Shown here: positions 47,968-57,021 of the stretch, piece after piece
Numbering within the stretch: position 1 is the first letter of the stretch
Layout: the number at the start of each line of letters is the position of its first letter
Source of the DNA: an uncultured Planctomycetota bacterium
Lineage (GTDB): Bacteria; Planctomycetota; Planctomycetia; Pirellulales; Lacipirellulaceae
Assembly (NCBI GenBank): GCA_963719315.1
Contig: CAVRBU010000002.1
Location: 1,600,001 to 1,664,000 of the forward strand
DNA: 64,000 nt
Direction of reading: 5' to 3'
Position numbers and translations under genes: made by a program
The notes under the pieces: model-generated
Told to the model about the DNA's origin: nothing
Seen by the model: only the letters and a program-made list of their open reading frames with translations
Databases searched by the model: none

Positions 47968-49023
47968 CTACGGGCAACCGGCCGCTTGGCGGCGGGGGTT
48001 GCGATAGAGGATATTAGCCAGGAGTTCGCGCGAGCCGGTGGCGCCGTTGCGGTCGTGGTGCCAATTCGTGTGAGTGGGGATAAAAGTCTCGTCGCGAGGC
48101 CACGGGTCGAGTGGTTCGCTGTCTCCGAGGGCTGTGGCGAGAGCAGTGGAGTTCATGGTTACATCGCCGGCGCGCGGCGGGACTGGACCGGCATCGATGC
48201 GCGGGCAGCCCATCAGGAGGTTGGGGTCGTAACCGCCGACGCGGTTAACGACTTGGGCGATTTGATAAAGCGATAGGGCACGAGGGCCGCCGGCGTGGTA
48301 GAGGCCGCTGAGGTCGCTCGCTAGGACGCGCTCGTAGAGGCGGTTGAGGCAATCGGTGTAGGCGGGCGTGCGGACTTCGTCGAAATACAGCGTGGCGGGC
48401 CGGCCCTTTTTGAATCGCGATTGAATCCAATCGATCGCACCGGCATGGCCATTGAAGCTCACGCCCATCGGCAGCGAGATGCGGAGCGTGCAAGCAGCGG
48501 GCTGCCAATCGGCGAGCAGTTGCTCAGCGGAGACCATGGTTTTGCCGTACACGGTGACGGGGTCGGTGGGGTCGGACTCCGAATAAGGGGGAAGGGGGAG
48601 TGGGGAATGGGGAGAGGGGAATATGGAGTCGCGAACGCCGGAATAGACGAGGTCGATCGAGAGGTGGACGAGGCGGATGTCGCGTTCGGCGATAATCGAG
48701 AGCAGGTTGATTAGGCCTTCAACGTTGGTACGCCAGGCGAGACGGGTATCGAGCTCGCATGCGCGGAGAGCGCAATTGCCGGCGCAGTTGAGGACGGACC
48801 GGAACTGGTACTCGTCGAACAGGGTTCGCAGGCGGCCGTGGTCTTCGGCGTTGCAGGGGATGATGCCGTCGCCGGTGAGCGGCCAGTTGTCTTCCTGGCG
48901 GATGGCGATGACCTGGCCGGCGTAGCGGGCGCGGAAATAGTGATACGCGTTGTAGCCGGCGACGCCGGCGACGCCGGTGATGAGGAGGGGGAGCGGTAGT
49001 GGATCGTGGGCGTGGGTGGTCAC
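47968..49023 (-). CDS. RmlD-like (dTDP-4-dehydrorhamnose reductase-like) SDR
   Basis: LITGVAGVAG, LNCAG, HLSIDLVY, DPVTVYGKTM, DEVRTP. Confidence 0.8.
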   Translation of the reverse strand: MTTHAHDPLPLPLLITGVAGVAGYNAYHYFRARYAGQVIAIRQEDNWPLTGDGIIPCNAEDHGRLRTLFDEYQFRSVLNCAGNCALRACELDTRLAWRTNVEGLINLLSIIAERDIRLVHLSIDLVYSGVRDSIFPSPHSPLPLPPYSESDPTDPVTVYGKTMVSAEQLLADWQPAACTLRISLPMGVSFNGHAGAIDWIQSRFKKGRPATLYFDEVRTPAYTDCLNRLYERVLASDLSGLYHAGGPRALSLYQIAQVVNRVGGYDPNLLMGCPRIDAGPVPPRAGDVTMNSTALATALGDSEPLDPWPRDETFIPTHTNWHHDRNGATGSRELLANILYRNPRRQAAGCP

Positions 49024-49143
49024 GCGAACATTGTAACAGGCGAGTGGGGAGTGGGGAGATATTTGGCGACGGCGGCGACGCCGAATCGAATGCCGCAACG
49101 CTTTGAGGGGGTAGATTCGGCGTGGGCGCCGACGCTAACGGGC

Positions 49144-49935
49144 TCACGCCGCTTTTTGTCGGGCGACGAAGGCGGCGTAGTCGGCCGGCGTGTCGATGCC
49201 GCTGGCGGCGTGATCGACGACGGCGATCAGGATCGTGCCGCCGGATTGGAGCATGCGAAGTTGTTCGAGCTTCTCGGCTTGTTCGAGGTGCGACGGCGGC
49301 AGGGCGGCGATATCGAGCAGCGTGTCGCGTCGGTAGGCGTAGATGCCGAGGTGTTGGTGGAAGAGGGGCGGGTCGTTGAATGGCGCGAAGCCGCAAGCGG
49401 CTGCTGGAGCGTCGCGGATGAAGGGAATGGGGCTGCGGCTGAAGTAGAGGGCGCGGCCGGCGTTGTCGAACACGACCTTCACGCAGGCGGGGTTCACAAG
49501 TTGTTCGGGCGACGGGATTCGTGTCGCCAGCGTTGCCATGCCGGCGGTGGGCGTTTGCTCCAAGAGTTCGATCACGCGGTCGATGTTGTCGGGCGACATC
49601 TCGGGCTCGTCGCCTTGCACGTTCACCAGGACTTCGGCGCGCGGCAATTTGCGCGCGACCTCGGCGACGCGATCGGTGCCGCTCGCGCACTCGGGGCTCG
49701 TCATGATGAAGTCGCCGTGGAAACGTTCGACCTCGCGGGCGATTTCCGGGTGGTCGGTGGCGACGATCACGCCGGCCGGCTTGCGTGCGGCGCAGGCGGC
49801 TTCGTAGGTGTGTTGCAAAAGTGACTTGCCGGTTTCGCGCAGCAGCATCTTGCGCGGCAGGCGGGTGGATGCGTAACGGGCGGGAATCACGACAAAGCTA
49901 CGCGGCAGGACGGCGGCAGGGGCGGTTCGAGGCAT
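49144..49935 (-). CDS. kdsB: 3-deoxy-manno-octulosonate cytidylyltransferase
   Basis: IPARYASTRLPRK, SGTDR, NVQGDEP, ALYFSRSPIP, HLGIYAY, EKLEQLR, GIDT. Confidence 0.95.
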   Translation of the reverse strand: MPRTAPAAVLPRSFVVIPARYASTRLPRKMLLRETGKSLLQHTYEAACAARKPAGVIVATDHPEIAREVERFHGDFIMTSPECASGTDRVAEVARKLPRAEVLVNVQGDEPEMSPDNIDRVIELLEQTPTAGMATLATRIPSPEQLVNPACVKVVFDNAGRALYFSRSPIPFIRDAPAAACGFAPFNDPPLFHQHLGIYAYRRDTLLDIAALPPSHLEQAEKLEQLRMLQSGGTILIAVVDHAASGIDTPADYAAFVARQKAA

Positions 49936-50033
49936 CAGAACTCCTTGATTCGAGTCGCAATTCATAGCGAATCTCGCCGAATAGGGGTAGGTTGAAAAAG
50001 AGCGGTATACGTAGAATTACGGGCGGCGACGTG

Positions 50034-50132
50034 GGGTGGCTGGGGTCGAGCCGTAGGCGAGCCCCAGCGCGCAGTGTATGCGCCCGAGCGCTGGGGGCTC
50101 GTCCGCCGCGGCGGACTCGACCCCAGCCACCC
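50034..50132. repeat. Inverted REP pair (GGGTGGCTGGGGTCGAG family), copy 1
   Basis: gggtggctggggtcgag ... ctcgaccccagccaccc; right arm repeated at 56738-56780. Confidence 0.85.
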
Positions 50133-50170
50133 TTACTAATCCAGCTACACATTCTTCAGGATGGGCGTTC

Positions 50171-52138
50171 ATGTGCGGCATCGTTGGCTATATCGGCCCG
50201 TATCAGGCGATCGACTTTTTGATTGAAGGGATGCGGCGGCTGGAGTATCGCGGGTACGACAGCAGCGGCGTCGTCACGATCCACCACGGCGAGTTCGCGA
50301 TCACGAAGTCGGCCGGGCGCGTGGACGAGCTGGTCGAGAAACTGAAGACCGAGCCGGCACGCGGCGAGATCGGCCTCGGCCACACACGTTGGGCGACGCA
50401 CGGGCCGGCGACCGACGCCAATGCACATCCGCATGTGGGCGGCGATAATGTCGTGGCCCTCGTGCATAACGGCGTGATCGAAAATTTTCGCGAGCTCAAG
50501 CAGCAGTTGGCGGAGCGCGGGTATTACTGCAAGACTGCGACGGATACGGAGGTTGTAGCTCAGCTCGTGGCGGCGGAACTCGAGGCCAGGACCGGCAGCC
50601 CCGAAAAGGGGTGGCATGCTCTCGCGACGCGGCAGCATGCCCACGCTCGCGAACACGCTTTGCCCGCGACGAGTGAGCATGATGGCGCGAGCGGGGGCAT
50701 GGCACCCACTGCGGCCGATCGTTACTCACCGCTCGTCGAGGCGGTTCAGGCAGCGCTTGCGCAGTTACGCGGAACGTATGGGCTGGCGATGGTGTTTCGC
50801 GACTGGCCGGATGTGATCGTCGCGGCCCGGTTGGGGAGCCCGTTGGTGATCGGCGTGGGCGACGGCGAGCACTTCATCGCCAGCGACGGGTCGCCGCTCG
50901 TAGGACACACGGACCGAATAGTGTACCTGGCCGACCATGAAATCGCGGTCGTGTCGGCCCATTCGATTCGCGTAATCCATCGCGACGAAGGGGACGTGCG
51001 GCACAATGTAAAACTTCTCGATATCGACACGACGCAGGTCGAGCTGGGCGAGTATCCGCACTACATGCTCAAGGAAATCTTCGAGCAGCCGGAGTCGGTG
51101 TTGGCCGCGATGCGGGGGCGGCTCAATCGCGACGAGGCGACGTCCGTGTTCGGTGGGTTGAACCTCACGCCGCAGCAATTGCGGTCGATCGACCGAATCG
51201 TGCTGACGGCGTGCGGCACGAGCTGGCACTCGGCGCTCGTGGGCGAGTACATGATCGAGGCGTATGCGCGAATCCCGGTAGAGGTCGAGTATGCGAGCGA
51301 GCTGCGGTATCGCAACCCGCCCATGTCGTCGCACACGGTGCTGTTCGCGATCACACAGAGCGGCGAAACCATCGACACGCTGGCCGCCCTGCGCGAGATG
51401 AAGCGCAAAGGGCACTCGACGCTGGCGATTTGCAACGTGGTCGGCAGCACGATCGCCCGCGAGGCGGACGGCGGCATTTATTTGCACGCGGGGCCGGAGA
51501 TCGGCGTGGCGTCGACGAAGGCGTACACGTCGCAGTGCGTGGTGATGGCTCTGCTGGCCCTCTATTTCGGCCGGCTGCGGCATTTGAGCTTCGAGGCGGG
51601 GATGCGGATTATCGAAGAGCTATCGGCTTTGCCGCAGCAAGTTGAGGAAGCGCTCGAAACGAACAACGAAACGCGGCGGATCGCGGCCAAGTACGCATCC
51701 TGCAACAACTTCCTGTACCTGGGTCGGCAGTTCAACTTCCCGGCGGCGCTCGAAGGCGCGCTCAAGCTCAAGGAAATCAGCTACATTCACGCCGAGGGCT
51801 ACCCGGCCGCCGAAATGAAGCACGGGCCGATCGCGCTCGTCGACGAACAAACGCCAAGCGTGTTCATCGTGCCGCAGGGTGGCGTATACAGCAAAGTGAT
51901 TTCCAACATGGAGGAGATCAAAGCCCGCGGCGGGCCGGTGATCGCGGTCGTGGATAAGGACGATTCGCAGGCGGTCGAGTTGGCCGATGAAGTGATCCGC
52001 GTGCCGGCGGTGCCAGAGTTTTTGCAGCCGATCGTGACGGCGATTCCGTTGCAACTGCTGGCGTATCATGCGGCGATCCTGCGCGGATGCGATGTGGACA
52101 AGCCGCGGAATTTGGCGAAGAGTGTGACGGTGGAATAG
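50171..52138 (+). CDS. glmS: Glutamine--fructose-6-phosphate transaminase, with in-frame insertion
   Basis: MCGIVG, LEYRGYDS, GHTRWATHG, GVASTKAYT, KHGPIAL, DKPRNLAKSVTVE. Confidence 0.97.
   Translation: MCGIVGYIGPYQAIDFLIEGMRRLEYRGYDSSGVVTIHHGEFAITKSAGRVDELVEKLKTEPARGEIGLGHTRWATHGPATDANAHPHVGGDNVVALVHNGVIENFRELKQQLAERGYYCKTATDTEVVAQLVAAELEARTGSPEKGWHALATRQHAHAREHALPATSEHDGASGGMAPTAADRYSPLVEAVQAALAQLRGTYGLAMVFRDWPDVIVAARLGSPLVIGVGDGEHFIASDGSPLVGHTDRIVYLADHEIAVVSAHSIRVIHRDEGDVRHNVKLLDIDTTQVELGEYPHYMLKEIFEQPESVLAAMRGRLNRDEATSVFGGLNLTPQQLRSIDRIVLTACGTSWHSALVGEYMIEAYARIPVEVEYASELRYRNPPMSSHTVLFAITQSGETIDTLAALREMKRKGHSTLAICNVVGSTIAREADGGIYLHAGPEIGVASTKAYTSQCVVMALLALYFGRLRHLSFEAGMRIIEELSALPQQVEEALETNNETRRIAAKYASCNNFLYLGRQFNFPAALEGALKLKEISYIHAEGYPAAEMKHGPIALVDEQTPSVFIVPQGGVYSKVISNMEEIKARGGPVIAVVDKDDSQAVELADEVIRVPAVPEFLQPIVTAIPLQLLAYHAAILRGCDVDKPRNLAKSVTVE
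50609..50707. repeat. 99-bp palindromic REP-type element inside glmS
   Basis: gggtggcatgctctcgc ... gcgggggcatggcaccc inverted ends. Confidence 0.8.
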
Positions 52139-52195
52139 GAACCTAGCCATCCGGTAGCGTTCTGAATAAAATACGGAGCGAAGGTGATACGTATC

Positions 52196-52441
52196 ATGTC
52201 CACTCTATCTGAAGAATTACAGAGTTTTTACCACTTCGCTGAACTGCGCTTGCAAAGCGATCGTCACGGCGAAAGTTTGGATGAGACATACGCCGCGTGG
52301 CGCACCGGCAATCCATCGCTCCAGACGCACGAATCCGACGTTTGTGTTGTTCGGGCATCGTTGCGTGATATGGACGAGGGTAACACCGGCCGGCCCATTC
52401 AGGATTTTGCTGCCGAGTTTCGGCAGCGGAATGGGTTATAG
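52196..52441 (+). CDS. Small hypothetical protein, probable antitoxin
   Basis: About 81 aa directly upstream of a ParE-like gene; C-terminal LRDMDEGNTGRP. Confidence 0.55.
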   Translation: MSTLSEELQSFYHFAELRLQSDRHGESLDETYAAWRTGNPSLQTHESDVCVVRASLRDMDEGNTGRPIQDFAAEFRQRNGL

Positions 52442-52447
52442 CGCGGC

Positions 52448-52770
52448 ATGGAGTACACCGTTCGATTGCTTCCGCGGGCAGAATTCGACGCACAACAAAT
52501 CTAAAATTGGATCAAGGAGCGGTCCGTCCAGGGTGCGCACCATTGGTGGTTAGCGTTTGAAGTGGCGTGCGATCGGCTTAAGGTGCAGCCGTTAAGCCAC
52601 TCACTGGCACCGGATGCCGAAGAAGCAGGTCGCAATGTTCGGCAAATCCTTTTCAGAACTCGGCAAGGTATTTTTACCGGGCACTCTACGTGATTGTCGA
52701 AAGTGAAGTGCGAATTCTGCGTGTGCGGGGCTCCGGCCAGCCCGATCTAGCGGACGATGAGTTCTACTAA
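52448..52770 (+). pseudogene. RelE/ParE-family toxin, interrupted
   Basis: MEYTVRLLPRAEFDAQQI*NWIKERS...YRALYVIVESEVRILRVRG; TAA at 52502 and a -1 shift in the T-run near 52673. Confidence 0.7.
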
Positions 52771-52793
52771 AACGTTGCCAGGTAGATAAGCCG

Positions 52794-53384
52794 ATGGGGC
52801 GAATTCAGGAGCACCAAATCCCCTGCGACATCGCCACTTGCAGTGAGCGGGCTGTTTTTCACCTTTCATGGATTCAGACGCGGAATTGTGCGCGCAATCA
52901 ACATTTGTGCGAAGAGCACGCTCAGTCCGTTCTGTCAAACCATAACTTTGACGTACCGGTCGGAGTTGGACAACCTGCACGTACAGAGAGTGCCCAATGC
53001 TTCGACATCGACCTCGTCGTAGTAGCTGAAACATATGACGAGCAGGTTGTGTACTTGCGAGAGGTAGGAGGCAATCGCTTCTTTCCAATGTTGATAGGGA
53101 TCTTTGAGGCCACCAGCCTGGATCGTGCACTAAAAGGCTTCAAGGCGCCGCGCCCATTAACACATGACGCAATGTTTGACACGATATGTGCGCTTGAAGG
53201 GGAAATACAAGATGTCGTTATAACTGATTTTGAGAACCGCACATTCTTCACGAATCTTCGGATTCGTCGTTATCATCAAACAGTTTCGGTTGATGTGCGC
53301 CCAAGTGACGCCTTCGTGTTGGCAATTCTAAGCAATAAACCCATTTTCGTATTGGATTCTGTCCTGTCGAAACTCGGCTTGTAA
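52794..53384 (+). CDS. Bifunctional nuclease (DUF151) with N-terminal Cys/His zinc-ribbon
   Basis: FPMLIGIFEA, RPLTHD, DVRPSDA; N-terminal CDIATC..HLCEEH. Confidence 0.85.
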   Translation: MGRIQEHQIPCDIATCSERAVFHLSWIQTRNCARNQHLCEEHAQSVLSNHNFDVPVGVGQPARTESAQCFDIDLVVVAETYDEQVVYLREVGGNRFFPMLIGIFEATSLDRALKGFKAPRPLTHDAMFDTICALEGEIQDVVITDFENRTFFTNLRIRRYHQTVSVDVRPSDAFVLAILSNKPIFVLDSVLSKLGL

Positions 53385-53398
53385 ACAGACAAAGCAAT

Positions 53399-53887
53399 AT
53401 GACTACTTCAGATCCGCACCATGTTTCAGGCGTACTGGCTCAACTCATGCTTGGACCTGGGGTCGTGCGGCAATTGATCTACGCGATGCCGCCGGAACTG
53501 CGGAAGCGGCGGCCGGCGCCTGGGGTTTGGTCGGCGCACGAGCATGCGGTGCATCTGCCGGCCGTGCAGCCGATCATGTTGCGGCGATTGGAAATGATGC
53601 TCAAAGAACCCGGCTGCACGATCAAGTCGTACGAGCCGTCGCGCGACGATCAGGATGGCGCGCTGTTGAAGCTTGACCTCAACGTCGAAATGGATCGCTT
53701 CGACCGCGAGCGGGCATCGCTCGTCGAGCGGCTCCGCACGCTTACGCCTGAACAGTGGGCGATTACGGCCGAGCACGAAGAGTACTCGCACTATGGAATA
53801 TTTATCATGTTTCGTCACATCGCGCTGCACGACATGCACCACGCGTATAAGATCGAGGAACGTTTGCTGCGGAAGAGCTGGGATTGA
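53399..53887 (+). CDS. DinB family protein
   Basis: RPAPGVWSAHEHAVHL, HDMHH. Confidence 0.85.
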   Translation: MTTSDPHHVSGVLAQLMLGPGVVRQLIYAMPPELRKRRPAPGVWSAHEHAVHLPAVQPIMLRRLEMMLKEPGCTIKSYEPSRDDQDGALLKLDLNVEMDRFDRERASLVERLRTLTPEQWAITAEHEEYSHYGIFIMFRHIALHDMHHAYKIEERLLRKSWD

Positions 53888-53901
53888 GGGCGCGAAGTAC
53901 A

Positions 53902-54231
53902 CTACGATGACGATGCACGCCGGTCCTTGATTGACAGAGCCTGTACTTCGCGCTCGAGCCGATTCCCCAAACGATCCTTTTCCTTCTCGAGATCGTAGTG
54001 GGACTGGAGATTTACCCAAAACCGCTCCGACGTGCCGAAATAACGAGCTAGTCGCAAGGCGGTATCCGTGCTAATCGCACGCTGACCTCGGACGATTTCG
54101 TTGATTCGCCGCGGCGGCACGCTGGTGTCCTTAGCCAGCCGATATTGGCTTAAGGCGAGCGGCACAAGGAACTCTTCCAGCAGAACCTCGCCTGGGTGGA
54201 TCGGAGGCAACTTTTTGAGGCGGCCCATCAT
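53902..54231 (-). CDS. higA: HigA antitoxin
   Basis: PPIHPGEVLLEEFL, RINEIVRG, TALRLARYFGTSERFWVNLQ. Confidence 0.92.
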   Translation of the reverse strand: MMGRLKKLPPIHPGEVLLEEFLVPLALSQYRLAKDTSVPPRRINEIVRGQRAISTDTALRLARYFGTSERFWVNLQSHYDLEKEKDRLGNRLEREVQALSIKDRRASSS

Positions 54232-54237
54232 CAATTC

Positions 54238-54519
54238 CTAGTGGTAGTCGACGATTTCGACATCGAACGCATCGTTGTCCGACCAATGAAAACAAACTCG
54301 CCATTGGTCGTTGATGCGAATGCTGTATTGTCCCGCACGTTTATCGACCAATTTCTCTAGACGATTTCCGGGCGGGATGCGCAGGTCGCGAAGTAAGCAA
54401 GCCGCGTGCAACAGCAAGAGTTTTCGCAATCCGGTCCGCTGCACATCGCGACTGAATCTCGTGCGGCCTTCGCGATGAAAAACTTTCTCGGTTTCCCGGT
54501 CGCGAAAGGTGCGGATCAT
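54238..54519 (-). CDS. higB: HigB (RelE-like) toxin
   Basis: LRIPPGNRLEKL, GQYSIRINDQWRVCF, VEIVDYH. Confidence 0.92.
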   Translation of the reverse strand: MIRTFRDRETEKVFHREGRTRFSRDVQRTGLRKLLLLHAACLLRDLRIPPGNRLEKLVDKRAGQYSIRINDQWRVCFHWSDNDAFDVEIVDYH

Positions 54520-54527
54520 ACCAATAA

Positions 54528-54562
54528 ATAATATCTCATGGCGTTATTAACGTCAAGCGTTA
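54528..54562 (-). promoter_or_regulatory. higBA promoter with overlapping operator palindrome
   Basis: TTGACG-17-TATTAT, 8 nt before ATG; TAACG-N5-CGTTA spans the -35. Confidence 0.7.
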
Positions 54563-54748
54563 TTATTGGGCCAACTCCGGCAAAATACGCAACGTGTCTC
54601 ACTCGCTGTCGGTTGGATGCAGGTCGTTGTAAACATTCGTAATTGGGCATTTTGCGGTTTTTTTTATCCACTCAGAACGCTGCTGGGGCCTTGCCCCAGG
54701 CACCCGCGATCTGGCCGGAGGGTGACGACCAGCCGACAGGATCGCTGT

Positions 54749-55273
54749 TCAAGGCTGCCGCTGTTTCCGTTCCCAGAACAGGATCGCGATAATCGTCTTA
54801 CCATCGTGGATTTCGCCGCGGTCGATCATTGCCAGGGCTTCATCCCAGGGAACGATGAGATTTTCGATCTCCTCGTTGGCCTCTCGGGCCGGGTCGCCGG
54901 GGGTCAGATCGCGGGCGACGAAAATCCACAACCGTTCGCTCAGCACACCGGGCGATGGGAAATAGGTCAGGAGTTCCTCGAATTTGCCGGCCCGGAAGCC
55001 CGTTTCTTCCGCCAGTTCGCGGCGGGCCGTTTCCAGCGGCGGCTCGTTGGGTTCGCGCGTTCCGGCTGGGACTTCGATGAGTGTTTCTTCGACCATGAGA
55101 CGGCGGCTGTGGATCAGGCAGACGCGTCCGTCGTTCAAGATGGGCAAGATGGCGACCGATCCTCCGTGCCGGATGAACTGCAGCGTCGCCGCCTGGCCAT
55201 CGGGGCGAATTACGGACTTTTCGACCACTGCAAACCGCCGGTTTTCGTGCAATATGCGTTCTGAAGCGGACAT
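54749..55273 (-). CDS. NUDIX hydrolase (ADP-ribose pyrophosphatase-like)
   Basis: EVPAGTREPNEPPLETARRELAEETG, SPG, DGKT. Confidence 0.9.
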   Translation of the reverse strand: MSASERILHENRRFAVVEKSVIRPDGQAATLQFIRHGGSVAILPILNDGRVCLIHSRRLMVEETLIEVPAGTREPNEPPLETARRELAEETGFRAGKFEELLTYFPSPGVLSERLWIFVARDLTPGDPAREANEEIENLIVPWDEALAMIDRGEIHDGKTIIAILFWERKQRQP

Positions 55274-55614
55274 ATCGACTAGCCCTTGTGGTTGATTGAA
55301 GGCGTACAACCCCCAGCAGAGCCGGGGGGCTGCCTTTGAACTGAAGAGGCTTGATTTGCGTAAAAGTGGGTAACCCAGCCGCCGAATTGTCGGGGCGGAA
55401 ATGCTACGATTTGGTGGGCGTAAATTGCCATAGCGAGACGGCGTGCTCGCGTTCATTTTTGCAGGCCAGGCCCCAGTTGCGCAGAGACATTTGCCCACGT
55501 TTGACGAGGTTGGTAGGATACATTCGGTCGGCGTGGCTGTCGATTGGCCGCGTGCGCGGCGGCCGCCGCAAAGCAGTTCGGCCCGCAACTTCTTTTGCCC
55601 CTTCGAGACGTCGT

Positions 55615-56661
55615 ATGCCCGGGTGCTCGGTCCAACGCTGGAGTTTGAGCCTAGGGCGTTGGTGGGGCGTCAACGTTTATCTACACATTTTCTTTCTGCT
55701 CTCGGCGCTGCTTGCTCTGACATTCACGCTACCCGACCCGCAACTGGTAAGCGCGGGCCTGATGATGGTCGGCATCCTGCTGGTAAGCGTGGCGTTGCAT
55801 GAGGTGGGCCATTCACTCGCGGCGCTTCGCGTGGGCGGGAAAGTGGATGCAATCGTGCTTGGTCCCGTGGGTGGATTGATTTCGCCCCGCGTGCCGGACG
55901 AGCCGGAGAGCCATTTGTTTGTCGCGCTCGCCGGGCCGATCGTGCATTTGTTGTTGGCCGTGATCGCAGCCATTGCGCTCGCTATGGCTGGCAACACGCA
56001 GTTGTTGGGTTTGCTGAATCCGCTCGCGACGCCGCAGGATTTGGTCGAGCCAGGCGGAACGGCGCTCATCGCCGCCAAGATCGCGTTGTGGTTGAACTGG
56101 AATCTCATGCTGTTGAATTTGTTGCCGGCCTACCCGTTTGATGGCGGGCCAGTTCTGCGAGCCATGCTGTGGCCCGCGCTCGGGCGGCGCTCGGCCCGCG
56201 TGGTAACGGCCCGCGTGGCGATGGGGATCGCAGTGCTCTTGTGCGCGTCGTCACTAGTAACGGTTGCCGGCGATTTTGAGATGCGATTTCCGATGTGGAT
56301 TCCGCTAGTCACTTTGGGTTTGTTCTTGTTCTTCAGTGCCCGCCAGGATCTGGCGACGGCGACACCCGAGTGGAACGACGAACCGGCCGGTTACCAGGTA
56401 AGCTCCGATGGTTTGGATTTGCTCGACGTGACGTGGACGGCCGACGAGGAGGGGGATGGCGTACTGGTCGAGCATCAGCAACGTGCGTCGGCGGAGCAGA
56501 ATCGGCGGACGCAGGAAGCGGTCGAGGACGCGCGCGTGGACGACATTTTGGCCCGGCTCCACGATTCGAGTTGGGAGGCACTCTCGCCGGACGAAATCGC
56601 CGTTCTGCAGCGGGCGAGTCAGCGCTATCGCGAGCGCCGGCTTCAGTCGGACGATGCGTAG
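55615..56661 (+). CDS. Site-2 protease (M50) with short C-terminal helical domain
   Basis: LHEVGH, VALAGP, NLLPAYPFDGG; C-terminal VDDILARLH..L. Confidence 0.9.
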   Translation: MPGCSVQRWSLSLGRWWGVNVYLHIFFLLSALLALTFTLPDPQLVSAGLMMVGILLVSVALHEVGHSLAALRVGGKVDAIVLGPVGGLISPRVPDEPESHLFVALAGPIVHLLLAVIAAIALAMAGNTQLLGLLNPLATPQDLVEPGGTALIAAKIALWLNWNLMLLNLLPAYPFDGGPVLRAMLWPALGRRSARVVTARVAMGIAVLLCASSLVTVAGDFEMRFPMWIPLVTLGLFLFFSARQDLATATPEWNDEPAGYQVSSDGLDLLDVTWTADEEGDGVLVEHQQRASAEQNRRTQEAVEDARVDDILARLHDSSWEALSPDEIAVLQRASQRYRERRLQSDDA

Positions 56662-56701
56662 GGCTCGTAGGACAGTCTGGAGTTGCTGCGCGTTCATTCC
56701 T

Positions 56702-56780
56702 GGTGGTTGAATTGGAGTTCAACGACCCTCCAGCTGCGCTGGAGGCTCGTCCGCCGCGGCGGACTCGACCCCAGCCACCC
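56702..56780. repeat. REP pair (GGGTGGCTGGGGTCGAG family), copy 2
   Basis: 56738-56780 differs from 50090-50132 by one base; left arm degenerate. Confidence 0.85.
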
Positions 56781-57021
56781 TCTCGTCATGCCTGTGATGT
56801 ACTGTAGTTCTCTTCGGTACAGGTTGCACAATCGGCTCGTTCGATGCGAGCGGCACTCGACGCCAAATTGCCGTGCCACTTCTGGGCATGTCGGTAAGCA
56901 CGATGCACCATCGGAGACGCAAATATCGTATGGTTTTTCGTGGATTATCCTGGCGAATCGGTGTGTCTTCGCCGGAACGCTAATTGCGAAAAAACCGGTC
57001 TGCCGATAGAGAGAGCCCATC

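Noticed and set aside
49990..50170. glmS ribozyme
   Set aside because: Upstream region is explained by a REP pair; no ribozyme core seen
52139..52200. Tn7 insertion at attTn7
   Set aside because: No TGT..ACA ends, TnsB sites or tns genes
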